This document shows positions 34,270 through 45,184 of a stretch of 64,000 nt of DNA, piece by piece. Numbering within the stretch: the first letter of the stretch is position 1; every line of letters starts with the position of its first letter. Made by a program: the position numbers and the translations under genes. Under the pieces are notes generated by a model that was not told the origin of the DNA, did not search any database, and saw only the letters and a list, made by a program, of their open reading frames with translations. The stretch is from a virus (taxonomy: Duplodnaviria > Caudoviricetes): positions 81,488 through 145,487 of IMG/VR virus record IMGVR_UViG_3300037067_007264, one strand, 5' to 3'.

Positions 34270-35238
34270 ATGATGATCAATGTCCAACCCGAAGCGGGGG
34301 ACCAACTGGAGATTGAACAACCTGTGGTAGCAGACATGAGCGGTATGTCTGCTGAGAAGGTATGGAGCTTCCTGGAGGACTCTGGCTTCATCTACCCGCA
34401 GAAGCGTCAGATGGTTGACCAAGACTCTGCAAAGGCAACCCTAGCCAAGCTGATGCACAAGAACAACGTGTTCAAGGGCTTGGTAGTAACTCGTGGGTCA
34501 TCAATCTATGCACACCTATCCGCCGTGCGAGTCTATGACAAGGTTTGGATGGTCCAACACATGGCTAGTCGACCTTACCGAAAGGAGAAGGTCTCTCATG
34601 CACTGATGCTGAACCTAGCCATGCTAGAGTACTTCGAGCAGAGTTCTGATATCGAATGGATACGGGCAACCTATAGGCATGAGAACAAACGTGTGTCTCG
34701 TCTGTATGAAGCTCTTGCAGCTCAGGTGTCACGCCCAGGGTTGTCAATAACTCAGTACTATAACTGCATGCGGCTATCAGGTCACACCTTCGAGGTTCCA
34801 GTCTCCGCCTACCTTGAAGTGAAGGCCTTACCCAACGATGGTCTATCTGGGTTTGAGTGCTTCAGAGGTCTACCCAGGGATTACGAGGAAGCTGGTCTTG
34901 AACGTCGTCAGGAGTTTCTTGGGGTTTACCACTTAGGTATATTGGTTGGGTACTCAGTGTTGGAGGTTTCATCTCCTGGTCTAAATCTGAGTGAACTCAC
35001 CAATGCATTTCGAGTGTTCATGTTCATAGAGGATCCTGAGGCACTATCCTACTTGATTCAAGTGTCAACCAACTACTACAAGTCACTTGGTAGACATCAC
35101 GTGATAGCCCTTGTTGAAGATGATCTAGCCTCAAGTTTCGAAACACTGGGTTTCGAACGATTCAAACGGTACACCTTCTGGACATGGCATCAGTCTCTCT
35201 GCAGACAATTCTATGACTTCATAAGGAATTGGCATTGA
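34270..35238 (+). CDS. GNAT-like protein resembling the C-terminal region of myxobacterial PilZ-GNAT proteins
   Basis: W.FL.DSGFIYP.K, AHLSAVRVY..VW.VQH.AS, GLNLSEL.NA and FE.LGF.RFK.Y; family recalled, not searched. Confidence 0.55.
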   Translation: MMINVQPEAGDQLEIEQPVVADMSGMSAEKVWSFLEDSGFIYPQKRQMVDQDSAKATLAKLMHKNNVFKGLVVTRGSSIYAHLSAVRVYDKVWMVQHMASRPYRKEKVSHALMLNLAMLEYFEQSSDIEWIRATYRHENKRVSRLYEALAAQVSRPGLSITQYYNCMRLSGHTFEVPVSAYLEVKALPNDGLSGFECFRGLPRDYEEAGLERRQEFLGVYHLGILVGYSVLEVSSPGLNLSELTNAFRVFMFIEDPEALSYLIQVSTNYYKSLGRHHVIALVEDDLASSFETLGFERFKRYTFWTWHQSLCRQFYDFIRNWH

Positions 35239-35966
35239 TCAAGTTTACCATCATTCGGCTGACCCTTATTATGAAGAGTGGGGCCACAGAAATGGTGTAT
35301 GATACCTGAGTATGGCCGAACCAGAAGCATTCGTCTTCCCGCACCCAGCAGAACTCACCTCAGGGGAACCAAACCTCCTAGTACCACCAGAAATGGTTCT
35401 TATCCTGTATAACAGGCAAGGGGTGCGAGGGGAAAGCAGCACTTACGTCAACGGTTTGGTTCGTACTTGGTTTTCTTTTGAAGCTAAAAGCCGGGGATGG
35501 GCCTCTACTACTTGGTTGGGAACTAGCGACTGTGAGTACCCTGGACCTGGATGTTGGCTCAGTATTCTAACTAAGCCTGAGTTGCCCCCAAGCCCAGAGG
35601 AACGTAGGAACTGTACCGTTACGTCGACCCAACCTCCAGAGCACCCGAGTGTAGAATTCATATCCGAACACTTGACCTCGGGAATCGAACCACCCTACCA
35701 GACTGAGTACAAACGAGATCTGAGTCACGGTGATGCGCAAGCAGAGCTCAACGCTCAAGAGGATGACCACACCTTTGCATTCCTTGGGTACGATGAGATG
35801 ATCACCAACTTGACCCACCTCGTTGAGATCCTTGGGTGGAAGTTGGAGCCCCTTGGTGAAAAGGAGGCTCATGTCCTATCGAACAGAGCTGGTCACAAGA
35901 TACTGCTCGTTCAACGCTTCAACCACCCCCTGTTACTCGAGAAGGTCAAAGACTCGGTGAAGCCAG

Positions 35967-36293
35967 ATGCCTGAAGACCCACCGAAGAAGCAGTTTATTG
36001 TCAGAACCAAGCGCTGCCAGAAGCTGGTGGTGGACCCCGTGACAATTCAGGTTCACGGTAAGTTGTTTTGCACTGCCAGCTTGGATGGGTTGGCTTCAAA
36101 AGAACTCGATGAGTTCATGACGGTCTTTGAGAAGCTTGTTGGGATACCCTGTATTGTCACCAACTACCCCATGGACATCAAGCTGTTGGAGATCATTGAA
36201 GCACCTGATACACCAGAAGAACCTGAGCCTCGAACTCGCTTTGAACGAATCAATGAAGACGAGTCATCGACTGACAGGGAAGACGACGCGTAA
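35967..36293 (+). CDS. Hypothetical protein with TRFERI tag
   Basis: EPRTRFERINED near the C-terminus. Confidence 0.65.
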   Translation: MPEDPPKKQFIVRTKRCQKLVVDPVTIQVHGKLFCTASLDGLASKELDEFMTVFEKLVGIPCIVTNYPMDIKLLEIIEAPDTPEEPEPRTRFERINEDESSTDREDDA

Positions 36294-36417
36294 CAAGCCT
36301 GAGTTGCCCACAAAAGAATCAGAGTCTACTGAATAGGCTACAAGTTTAGGGTAAACCAAGTTAGTTCTTGAGTTGAGCTACCTAGTGTCAACTTTCTATC
36401 TGTAACTCATAACTTGG

Positions 36418-37938
36418 GTGACAACAGAGCGTTTCAGTAACCAGGCTTCAACCACACTGTCTACCCTTGTAGGTGCTGGGGACCTCACCCTTTCAGTTCA
36501 GGGTACGGCTCATTTTCCGACTCAGCCTGAGTTCCGGATCCGAATCGGACAAGAACTCATGTTGGTTACTGGAGTCTCTGGAGTTACTTGGACAGTAACT
36601 CGAGGGATTGAGGGAACCTCAGCTTTACCCCATGCGGCCGGGACGGCCGTAGTGGCCGTCCTCACTGCCGGTGCCCTTGATGAACTTCGAGCCGAGATCG
36701 AAGCTGAGGACAGAACAGCCTCTGGGATTCGAACAGCTTCAACTGTAGTGGCCGTCTCATCAGCAACGGCTCCTTTGGTGGGTCAGGTACTTACTGCCAC
36801 GAGCGGGACTGCTGCTGATTGGGAGACTCTTATAGGGGACACGATAACGGCTCCTAGGATTCCACTCAATGGGTCGACAACCTCGAATGTTGACCTTACG
36901 ACCAACAACTGGACCTCCGTGATGCCGGTGACTTTCAACAATATAGGGTTGGAACTATCATCGGTCTACATTACTACTGTCACCTTCACATGTACTATCT
37001 GGAAAACAAGTTCTCTGTCCGTGTGTGGTAAGTTCCGTTTGGTAGCAGACTTGACAATACGGACTAACCAATTAGGGCAAGTCCTATGCTCATTTCCTGC
37101 TAGTGCCCAAGGTAATAGTGCACCATTGTTAGAGACTCCTCTAGAAGGGGCTGAGTTAGATCTGATTCAATCCACCAATGGGGTTACGCTGCGAGCAATA
37201 CGTCCAGCTGGCGTTGCTTGCACGGTTAGTGCTGAGTGGGCTACAAACTCATTTGATCGATTAGGGGTTGCTCCAGACTATCCTCAAGTAGGGGAGTGGG
37301 GGACTGGAGATATCTGGATTGCCGATGATGCAGTATTGTCTGGATCGAATGTGACTTCGATAGCAGGTCGAGAGTCTGGGTTGGTGATGACACCCTCGGG
37401 TGGGACCTTTACATCTGAGGTTGATCCTCTTACGGGTACACGTGTATTGGTGGGTGATACTTCTGCTGTTCTTACAGCGACTAACCCTACACTATTGGCT
37501 GGGTTTGATGGTGTTAGGACTCCTAACATCGTCTTTGTTCAGTTTACCTCTCGTCATACTAGGGTTAGCAACTGGATAATAGAGGTTACTGATTCCAGTA
37601 CCAACTCGCGAGTGATACAGATCAATTGGTCATTCGGGGACTTCTATGGGGTCTACCGAGTTTCACAGCCCAGTTACATCGTGGATTCCTTCACGAATCC
37701 AGTTGACACTAGAGTTACAGTAGTGGCTTGTTTGCACACGGACGGCAAGTTGTACATTGTCAGCCCAGCTGGCACATCACCTGGGTTAGCGGATACTACA
37801 ACTCCAGGCCTAACTGGAATTGATCGGGTGAAAGTAGGTAATAGCGGGGACAAACTGAGGCGATGGGGTCTTCGATTATCGGATAACCCGCTAGCTGACT
37901 CAATTGACATTTATCAAGAACTGGTGTTGATGCCATGA
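36418..37938 (+). CDS. Putative virion/tail-fibre-associated protein
   Basis: N-terminal FSNQASTTL...FRIRIGQELMLVT...WTVTRGIEGT...H.AG typical of phage tail appendage proteins; T/S/G/V-rich. Confidence 0.65.
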   Translation: MTTERFSNQASTTLSTLVGAGDLTLSVQGTAHFPTQPEFRIRIGQELMLVTGVSGVTWTVTRGIEGTSALPHAAGTAVVAVLTAGALDELRAEIEAEDRTASGIRTASTVVAVSSATAPLVGQVLTATSGTAADWETLIGDTITAPRIPLNGSTTSNVDLTTNNWTSVMPVTFNNIGLELSSVYITTVTFTCTIWKTSSLSVCGKFRLVADLTIRTNQLGQVLCSFPASAQGNSAPLLETPLEGAELDLIQSTNGVTLRAIRPAGVACTVSAEWATNSFDRLGVAPDYPQVGEWGTGDIWIADDAVLSGSNVTSIAGRESGLVMTPSGGTFTSEVDPLTGTRVLVGDTSAVLTATNPTLLAGFDGVRTPNIVFVQFTSRHTRVSNWIIEVTDSSTNSRVIQINWSFGDFYGVYRVSQPSYIVDSFTNPVDTRVTVVACLHTDGKLYIVSPAGTSPGLADTTTPGLTGIDRVKVGNSGDKLRRWGLRLSDNPLADSIDIYQELVLMP

Positions 37939-40094
37939 TCCCAGGCTACGATCCGTTATCAGTTCAAGAGCTACAACTACCTTGGCCTGGAGTAGTTCCA
38001 TACCCTGTCATTCCAGAGCCTGGATATCCTGATCAGATCGATGATAGTGTTCGAAAGGTTCTTACCGCTGAGGACATACGTGCAAGGCGAAGAATGGCTG
38101 TCAGCTATTTAGCGCAGATGCCTAAAGGGGTGCCGGCAATCCATCGTGGTGTAGCTAGTCCGTTGGCAACCTGCCCAAATCTACTTCGATGCGATGGGTT
38201 ATCAAGTCGAGTAGGTATGGTTACTAAAGCTGGGCTCGCTATCTCTGTGTCCTTGTATGCGGTGCACTACATCCCTGACGCGAATAGACGGAATCGTTGT
38301 GTGTTGTTCTGTGAGGGTCATGGGTGGACCAATGATGATGATGAGTCATCATTCCCACTAAACAATGGCACTGGCATATGGCGGACTGTCACATCACTGA
38401 TAGCCGATGGCTTCGATGTGATTTCTTATTACATGCCTGGATACTGGACAGATCCAGTGACTGGAGTTCAGAATCAGGGTGCTATTGAGCCGGACTGGGT
38501 TGACCCACCTATTCCGCGTAACACGGGTCCGGCATCACATGACTGGCTGTTTGATAACCACGATCCACAGCTGGCTACCGGTAGTACATGGCGTGCATTC
38601 TTGACAATGCCAATTTTGTGTCTCAACTACGCTGAGACATTAGGCTTCGATGATTTGAATGCCGTTGGTTTATCGGGTGGTGGGTGGACTACCACCTTGA
38701 TTTCCGCCATCGATACCAGGATTAGTAGGAGTTATGCAGTTGCAGGATCTACCCCGCTGTATGCATGGCCACACCCGGCTAATGGTGATCAAGAGCAAAG
38801 GTCAGCTAAGTTTTTCTCATATTGTGGTTACTTAGATCTCTACTTCATGGCCACAAGTGATGGGAGACATGCTGAGCAAATCTGGAATCGTAATGAAGGA
38901 GTGGTTGCTGGTCAGCCTCTATTCGATACTATCCCAAGCAATTGGCCTCGTAGTGGCGGAAAAGTCTACGATGAGTATGTAGAGGACTTCTCTAGTGAAA
39001 TCAGTACCGCTGCAGCCAGCGTTACAGGCGGTACATTCGTAGTGCGTGTAGATCCGACCGCTCCTAATCATAATGTGCCTTGGACAGCTGTGCGACACAT
39101 AATTAGTGATTTGAAGGGGGAATCAAAAACGTTCAAGGCTCTGGTAGCCTGTCTTGGTTCAAACGCAGTGACCCCTCTCACTTGGGCAAACGGTACATGG
39201 ACTGCTGGATCTCCAGTGGCGGTTGGTGCTGGACCTCGTGGGGTAGTCATTAGTTACGATGGGTATAGGGCTTTGGTTACGAACTATGGGGCTAGCCCGG
39301 CTACTGTGAGCCCTCTCACGTGGTCAAATGGATTGTGGTCAGTTGGTACGGCTATCACCGTCAATACTGGTCCATGGGGGGCAGCAATGCCACCATCTGG
39401 GCTGTTCGCTCTTATCCCAAATTATGCAACGAACACAGTGACTCCGTTATCTTGGGCTAACGGTACATGGACAGCAGGTACTCCAATTGCAGTTGGTACT
39501 GGGCCATCCATTGTGTCTGCAGTAGCAACTGATCTCACTGGATGGACGCGGGCACTTGTAGCCAGTATTGGTACGGGTGTGAATGCTGTAACGCCCGTGT
39601 CCTATAATAATGGTGTATGGTCAGCAGGGTCTCCGGTTGCGGTTGGTACTCAACCGTGGGGTGTAGCAATCAGCTCAGATGCAAAGCGTGCCTTGGTATG
39701 TAATTATGGGTCTAATAATGTGACCCCACTGTCTTGGAATGGGACTGTTTGGGTAGCTGGATCTGTAATAGCTGTTGGTACCCAACCGCGTGGTTGTGCT
39801 ATGGCCCCAAATGGGCTGAGGGCGTTGGTGGCTAACTATGGTTCAGCATCAGTGACCCCATTCTCTTGGGCGAATGGAACTTGGACAGCAGGTACTCCAA
39901 TTGCAGTCGGTGTAAATCCCATCGGGGTTGCCATTAGCTCAGATGGACTTCTAGCATTAGTCACCAACTATGCTGCAGGTTCCGGCACGACAGTAACCCC
40001 TCTTACTTGGGCTAACGGTGTGTGGACTGCTGGGGCTCCTATCACAGTTGGCACTGGTCCATTCAGTGTCTCAATTGCTCAGGCTTCTGGGTGA
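37935..40094 (+). CDS. Alpha/beta-hydrolase (GxSxG) fused to a 7-bladed YVTN-like beta-propeller
   Basis: Nucleophile elbow VGLSGGGW; candidate His in PNHNV; seven repeats of about 44 aa, ALVxNYGxxxVTPLxWxNGxWTAGxPIAVGxxPxGVAISxDG. Confidence 0.8.
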   Translation: MIPGYDPLSVQELQLPWPGVVPYPVIPEPGYPDQIDDSVRKVLTAEDIRARRRMAVSYLAQMPKGVPAIHRGVASPLATCPNLLRCDGLSSRVGMVTKAGLAISVSLYAVHYIPDANRRNRCVLFCEGHGWTNDDDESSFPLNNGTGIWRTVTSLIADGFDVISYYMPGYWTDPVTGVQNQGAIEPDWVDPPIPRNTGPASHDWLFDNHDPQLATGSTWRAFLTMPILCLNYAETLGFDDLNAVGLSGGGWTTTLISAIDTRISRSYAVAGSTPLYAWPHPANGDQEQRSAKFFSYCGYLDLYFMATSDGRHAEQIWNRNEGVVAGQPLFDTIPSNWPRSGGKVYDEYVEDFSSEISTAAASVTGGTFVVRVDPTAPNHNVPWTAVRHIISDLKGESKTFKALVACLGSNAVTPLTWANGTWTAGSPVAVGAGPRGVVISYDGYRALVTNYGASPATVSPLTWSNGLWSVGTAITVNTGPWGAAMPPSGLFALIPNYATNTVTPLSWANGTWTAGTPIAVGTGPSIVSAVATDLTGWTRALVASIGTGVNAVTPVSYNNGVWSAGSPVAVGTQPWGVAISSDAKRALVCNYGSNNVTPLSWNGTVWVAGSVIAVGTQPRGCAMAPNGLRALVANYGSASVTPFSWANGTWTAGTPIAVGVNPIGVAISSDGLLALVTNYAAGSGTTVTPLTWANGVWTAGAPITVGTGPFSVSIAQASG

Positions 40095-40113
40095 GTATAA
40101 GAAAAGAGACGAG

Positions 40114-40392
40114 TCACCGACTAACGGGGAAGACCACACGTAGGTAGTTCTTCATTCCGGGCTGAGTCACCTTAGTGCCAGGGAAAGCCTCTTGAAAGGC
40201 CTCTGAGTAAGGCCCAAGGTCATCCTTCACGTCAGTCCCGATATCGACTACATTGGCCCGGTTTTGAATAACCTTCGCGTGGAAGGGGACATTCTTCTTT
40301 AGCCAAGTATTGATGGCTCGAACATCGATCCCCCACATGTTGGAGGCCGACATGCGTTCCACAACTCGAGCAATGATATGCAGGTCATCCAT
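40114..40392 (-). CDS. Hypothetical protein with N-terminal II.RV..R motif
   Basis: MDDLHIIARVVERMSAS. Confidence 0.6.
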   Translation of the reverse strand: MDDLHIIARVVERMSASNMWGIDVRAINTWLKKNVPFHAKVIQNRANVVDIGTDVKDDLGPYSEAFQEAFPGTKVTQPGMKNYLRVVFPVSR

Positions 40393-40398
40393 AGAACC

Positions 40399-41046
40399 TC
40401 AGTGGTAGCGGTAGCTGACCTTCAGATCACTCCAAACCTCACGCAACTCGCGGATATCCATCTTCATAACCTTGGATAGGTTGTCCTTCAAGTAAGCATA
40501 GAAGATGGCTGCACTCTGCTTGTTGTTTGACCAGTAGCCGGTGTCCTGGGCAAAGCCGGGCTTATTAGGATCACCTTCGACCCTACCAAACCAAAATCGA
40601 TGTAGGACATTGAACTCGACGGGGCTCGCTGTTATCTCGTCACCTGCTAGGGTCTTGAACTTGATCTCAGAACCTGCTGGAGCAACTTCAATGGCCTTGA
40701 TATTCTGCTCGTGAGTGACTACTGAGTGATCGGGTTCGGTCTCCTTGGCATCGGCCGCAACCTTCTTGACATCAGCCCAAGTGTCACACTTGGCCAATTG
40801 GGCTATCATGGTCTCGAACCATTTCTCAGTGTCACCCTTGTAGTAGTTGTCGTTCAGGACGATTGTAATCTCCGGCACTGACTTTCCGCGCTTACCGGCT
40901 AGGGTCAGATCTCGGATTTGCAAGTGATTTGAACTTCGATATACGTGGAAGGTATTATCCTTGCCAGTGTAGAACCCCCTTCCGACTGGCACTCCAGCTG
41001 CTTGTACCCTCCTGGCCACTCGGCTGATGATTATCAGATCGTTCAT
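40399..41046 (-). CDS. Hypothetical protein with N-terminal II.RV..R motif
   Basis: MNDLIIISRVARRVQAA. Confidence 0.7.
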   Translation of the reverse strand: MNDLIIISRVARRVQAAGVPVGRGFYTGKDNTFHVYRSSNHLQIRDLTLAGKRGKSVPEITIVLNDNYYKGDTEKWFETMIAQLAKCDTWADVKKVAADAKETEPDHSVVTHEQNIKAIEVAPAGSEIKFKTLAGDEITASPVEFNVLHRFWFGRVEGDPNKPGFAQDTGYWSNNKQSAAIFYAYLKDNLSKVMKMDIRELREVWSDLKVSYRYH

Positions 41047-41125
41047 ACTCAGTGTACTTTGATAGAAGGTTTAGGTATATGGTGTACCTAAACTTAACCC
41101 ACATTTACGTGGATGACCAGACCCA

Positions 41126-41683
41126 ATGCCCCCTGAACCCGATGATATAGAAGAGTACTGGGGTGTAGCCCGCCCCGAGCGGTTGGTTACACCCCAGTCA
41201 GTACCCTCTGAGTCAATGACTGTTGAGGAGGTTCTAAAGACCATCAAGAAGTTCAACAAGGAAGTTCTTTGCATGGGCCTTGCCGTTATGGTGAACCATG
41301 GAGATGTAAGCTCACCTACAATTGTTGCTGAATCTGCCAAAGAGCTTGAACGCTTGACGAAGAATACCTTGGTTCAATTGACCCTACTAGCTGGGGTTCC
41401 TGTAAGTATACTAAAACAGTGCAATGACTCGAGGACAAATGTCAGATCTAGGAACCTCGATGACCCGAGAGCTTCCAACAACCTCTTCATGCCTGACAGG
41501 ACTGAGGAGCCTCAGAGTATGCGCATCCTCCCTCAGGGGCAAGTAAGGTCAGCAATGGGTCGTATCCTACAACCTCAATCCCGTTGTTCTAATTGTGGAG
41601 TACTTACTAACTCAAATCAACGGTTGTGTGACCCGTGTAGGGTTCACCGAGCTCAGGCCAGAAGGCGCAGGTCAGGTTACTAA
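41126..41683 (+). CDS. Hypothetical protein with N-terminal DDIEEYW..RP tag and C-terminal Zn ribbon
   Basis: DDIEEYWGVARP; CSNCG...LCDPC. Confidence 0.65.
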   Translation: MPPEPDDIEEYWGVARPERLVTPQSVPSESMTVEEVLKTIKKFNKEVLCMGLAVMVNHGDVSSPTIVAESAKELERLTKNTLVQLTLLAGVPVSILKQCNDSRTNVRSRNLDDPRASNNLFMPDRTEEPQSMRILPQGQVRSAMGRILQPQSRCSNCGVLTNSNQRLCDPCRVHRAQARRRRSGY

Positions 41684-44594
41684 GATGACCAAGTGTAGTC
41701 AATGTTCAAGCGGACGAATACGACTCACCGGGGTTCAAGGTGAGTTGAACGGTCGAGACCAGAATCGAATGGGAAAGCACCTGCTCCCTTATAAATTACA
41801 GTATAAGTGCATAAGTTGTGGGCACCTCGGGTGGACTCGTGACCCAAGGTTGGTCCCTGACCAGAGTTCTAAAGTTGCTATTGCTGGTACCCCAGATTAA
41901 TGCAATTGTACCTGGATGATCCTAGAAACTAGAACCAAGGCTACTGTAGAAGAGGGTATTAAGCTTCGAGAGGAGCTCGAGGGGAGGTTGTTTGTTTCTT
42001 ACACCCCCGGAAACGGCACCGTCTACCACCTATTACTCACCAAACTCAACGGTTTTTGTGAGTTAGTCACCGATCTAATTGGGATCGGACCCAAGTGTTG
42101 GCTGGTGACTCTGCTGAATCAGGAGCCCCGCCCATCGGCCCTTATTTCGGACAATGGCCAACTATTGCATTGGAGCTATGTGGGAGAGAAGCTGAATCTA
42201 AGGACACCCGACGCCGTAGTCGTGGCCGAGTTGATCGGGCACCTCACCGGGAGGCCCTACATCACTGGTGAAGAGGTGATGAGTGATATTGAGGAGGAGA
42301 TGGTGTCCTCTGAGGTATTACCTAAATTGAGTGAAGATGATGAGGTTGCAGAGGTTGTCCCGTAATACTGAGCATGACCCAGACAAGCAAAATTAATCCT
42401 GCCCAAGCTAGAGCCGAAGTTCACGCCGATGTAGCCAGCCAGCTTCTATTGGAAGCCTCGCAGGCCAAAGGGTTCCGTCGTCAAGTCTTGGTTGCAAGGG
42501 CTAAGATCCACTTATCCGCTCTACAGGACTGGATAACCCCAGAGGCCCCTCCAGAGGCTCATGTAGCCCTTCGAGAATTGAACAGTGTTTTGGCCCAGTT
42601 CGAGATGGAAGCCAAGCCTAACTGATCCGATTGGGTTTCGGTGTATTGGGCCTCAATGCCTATCCATAACCCGAATACCAGTCTTCCAAACCTCCTTGAG
42701 CAGCTGAACCTTCCGCACGGCTTCGACGAACTCATCTTCGTCAATGGCAAGCCCTACGCGGGTGAGATAGCCATGAACTGCTACAAGGGCTGTGGATGGG
42801 AGTCAGGAAGAACGGCCTCAGTCATCCTCAGCCCGCCCGTGGACCCCACCTCAGAAGTCATCCTCATCGATCTGAGGTACATGCGGCTACGCCGGTGTCA
42901 GCTCCTAGTCCCGAGAGATCGTATCGATGCCGCACTAGCTCAGAAGCACAATAGGCAGGAGTGGGAAGCCATTGATCTACCGGAAGACAGACGGTAATGA
43001 GGACTTCTAGCAAGATCATAGGGCTGATCAATCTGGCCTACGGGGGTGGGGATCATTGCAACAAGCATGTTTTGTGGGAACTAGAAGAAGATGGGCTAGC
43101 AACGAAAGATTGTCGGCCAGATCAGAAGCTGACTGATAAGGGGGTGACCGTTCTCTCTGAGTTGCTCAACACCTATGATGAGCAAGTGGAACCAAAGCAA
43201 TGATCCAACGAAACCAGTGCAAGAACCGTCAGCTCTATCGGATCCGCTCGCGCAACCTAATCTTTGGGGTATTCCACGAGGAGAATGGTGGGTTCTTTGG
43301 ACTCAGGAAAAAGTTCAATTACACCTATGTCTTCGAGGAGTATCACTGGGGTAACGGCCCACCGTACGGTACGGTGAAGCCCATTGAAGAGATGCCGGAG
43401 ACCCTGCCGGAGAGCATTGCTCTGGCGGCAGACCTGGGGTCAATATGCTCTGAGTGCAAAGTACCTTGTGCCTACATCAAGTTTCCAGATGGGGAGCGGG
43501 AGAAGACCTATGAGGACGGACATAAGATGATGATCTCCGGAGAGTGGGAGCACCTCGAGTCTACAGATTGTCCCCAGGTGTCACCCATGAGTAAGAGCAA
43601 CTCGGCCCTCGAGCGATGGCTGAAGCGGATGGAAGAGAAATACAAGTCATGAACCCCAAGCAGGTTGCATGCATTCGGGCCTGCATTCAGGCCGAAGACC
43701 CGGTAGGGCTATTTCAATTGCAGAAGGCCTTTGACGAGTTGATAGCCGAGGCGGAACGGTATAGAGTACGGCCGATCGCTGAGTTGAAGGGGACCAAACC
43801 CGACCGAAATGTCTTCGTCTGGTCTCCCTACTCAGGCAGATCAATCCAACTATTCAGTGGTAATGTCCTTTGGAATGAAGCCAATGCCACCCACTTTTGT
43901 GAAGTACCTAACCCCTCTCAACAAGAACTTGGTTATGATAAGTTGAAGATATGACTGATCGACACTCAGGTTACCTTGTAACCCTAGATAAGGACATTCG
44001 TTCAGACGATGCAGAGAGTACTTTGAATGCTCTTCGGATGGTTCGAGGTGTTATCTCGGTTGAGCCCGTTATCTCTAACATCGAAGTGCATATCGCCGAG
44101 GATAGGGCCAAGAGAGAGCTGTTGAGTAAGATCTACGAGTTTCTGGTGACTCTCAAATGAAGCCATCCAAGATCCACATCCGAGTTGTCCACGCTGAGCT
44201 AGAAAGAGCTGACGAGGATAGTGCTTATCGGTCTGTATGCCCTGTATGTAAGACCGGGCTACTGCTGATTCACAGGGACAAGGAGACCTTCAAACTAGTC
44301 AGATCCGATATCTGCATTCAGTGCGGGCAAGGGTTCTACTACACGGACAATATGATCAACGGGGAAGAGTTCACTGAGAAGGTTCCTTACCCTCTCTTTG
44401 AGATCGTAGGGCCTCCCTGTCCGGCGCCTGGGTGCAAGGGAGTCTTGACTCCAACCATGTCACTGAAGACCAGGGTGTGGTTTAGCAAGTGTCACGTCTG
44501 CAATGGAGAGTTCAGTAGAGCTCCACTTGGTAGTAAGAGAAAGTGGATCCGTCATCGAAACCTCGATGTCATTAAGGGCGGGAAGGACGATTGA

Positions 44595-45125
44595 TTGCCC
44601 CCGAACCTTCGATTTTGGATGCTCAGTGATCTATCACCAAGCCCTGAGGGGGCTACTTTCACCCGCGAGTCCCCGGAACATGAGGTATTATGGATCAACC
44701 GTAACTTGACGGTGTCCACGACTCACGAGATGGGTGTTAACCACCGTGTTCGGCTACCTCGTTTGACCTTTGAGGGTGGGAGGTTCTTGATACTCGAACA
44801 AGTCCAACGTCTGATGGCTAACCTAGCCACGTTTTCGAACAACCCAGGAGCTCAGGACGGCACCCTCTATGGGGTGCAACATGCCCTGCCTACCTATGTT
44901 GAGCACCCGACAACCGGGCAAGTTATCCTGACTTGGATTCTCTCACTGGGCTACTCGCTTATGAACCTCACCCCTCAATTCAACGGTTCAGAAATGACCC
45001 TTCCCGTAGGGGCTCTGATGGGCTACTTGAGACACCTGATTGACAACATGCCGGCAAATAGGTTGTCTGAGCCCTACAACGGGCCACGACCCACCCGCTT
45101 CGAACGGATACTCGAGGAAGATTGA
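44595..45125 (+). CDS. Hypothetical protein, paralog of 51411..51908, TRFERI tag
   Basis: Shared EVL...R[LV]PR..F.G...GTLY.VQ...Y...LTPQF; ends PRPTRFERILEED. Confidence 0.7.
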   Translation: MPPNLRFWMLSDLSPSPEGATFTRESPEHEVLWINRNLTVSTTHEMGVNHRVRLPRLTFEGGRFLILEQVQRLMANLATFSNNPGAQDGTLYGVQHALPTYVEHPTTGQVILTWILSLGYSLMNLTPQFNGSEMTLPVGALMGYLRHLIDNMPANRLSEPYNGPRPTRFERILEED

Positions 45126-45184
45126 GTATTCTGAGCAATGGGCTTGCTTGACCTGACTGATGAGAGTATTCTGTAATCTCCTAA

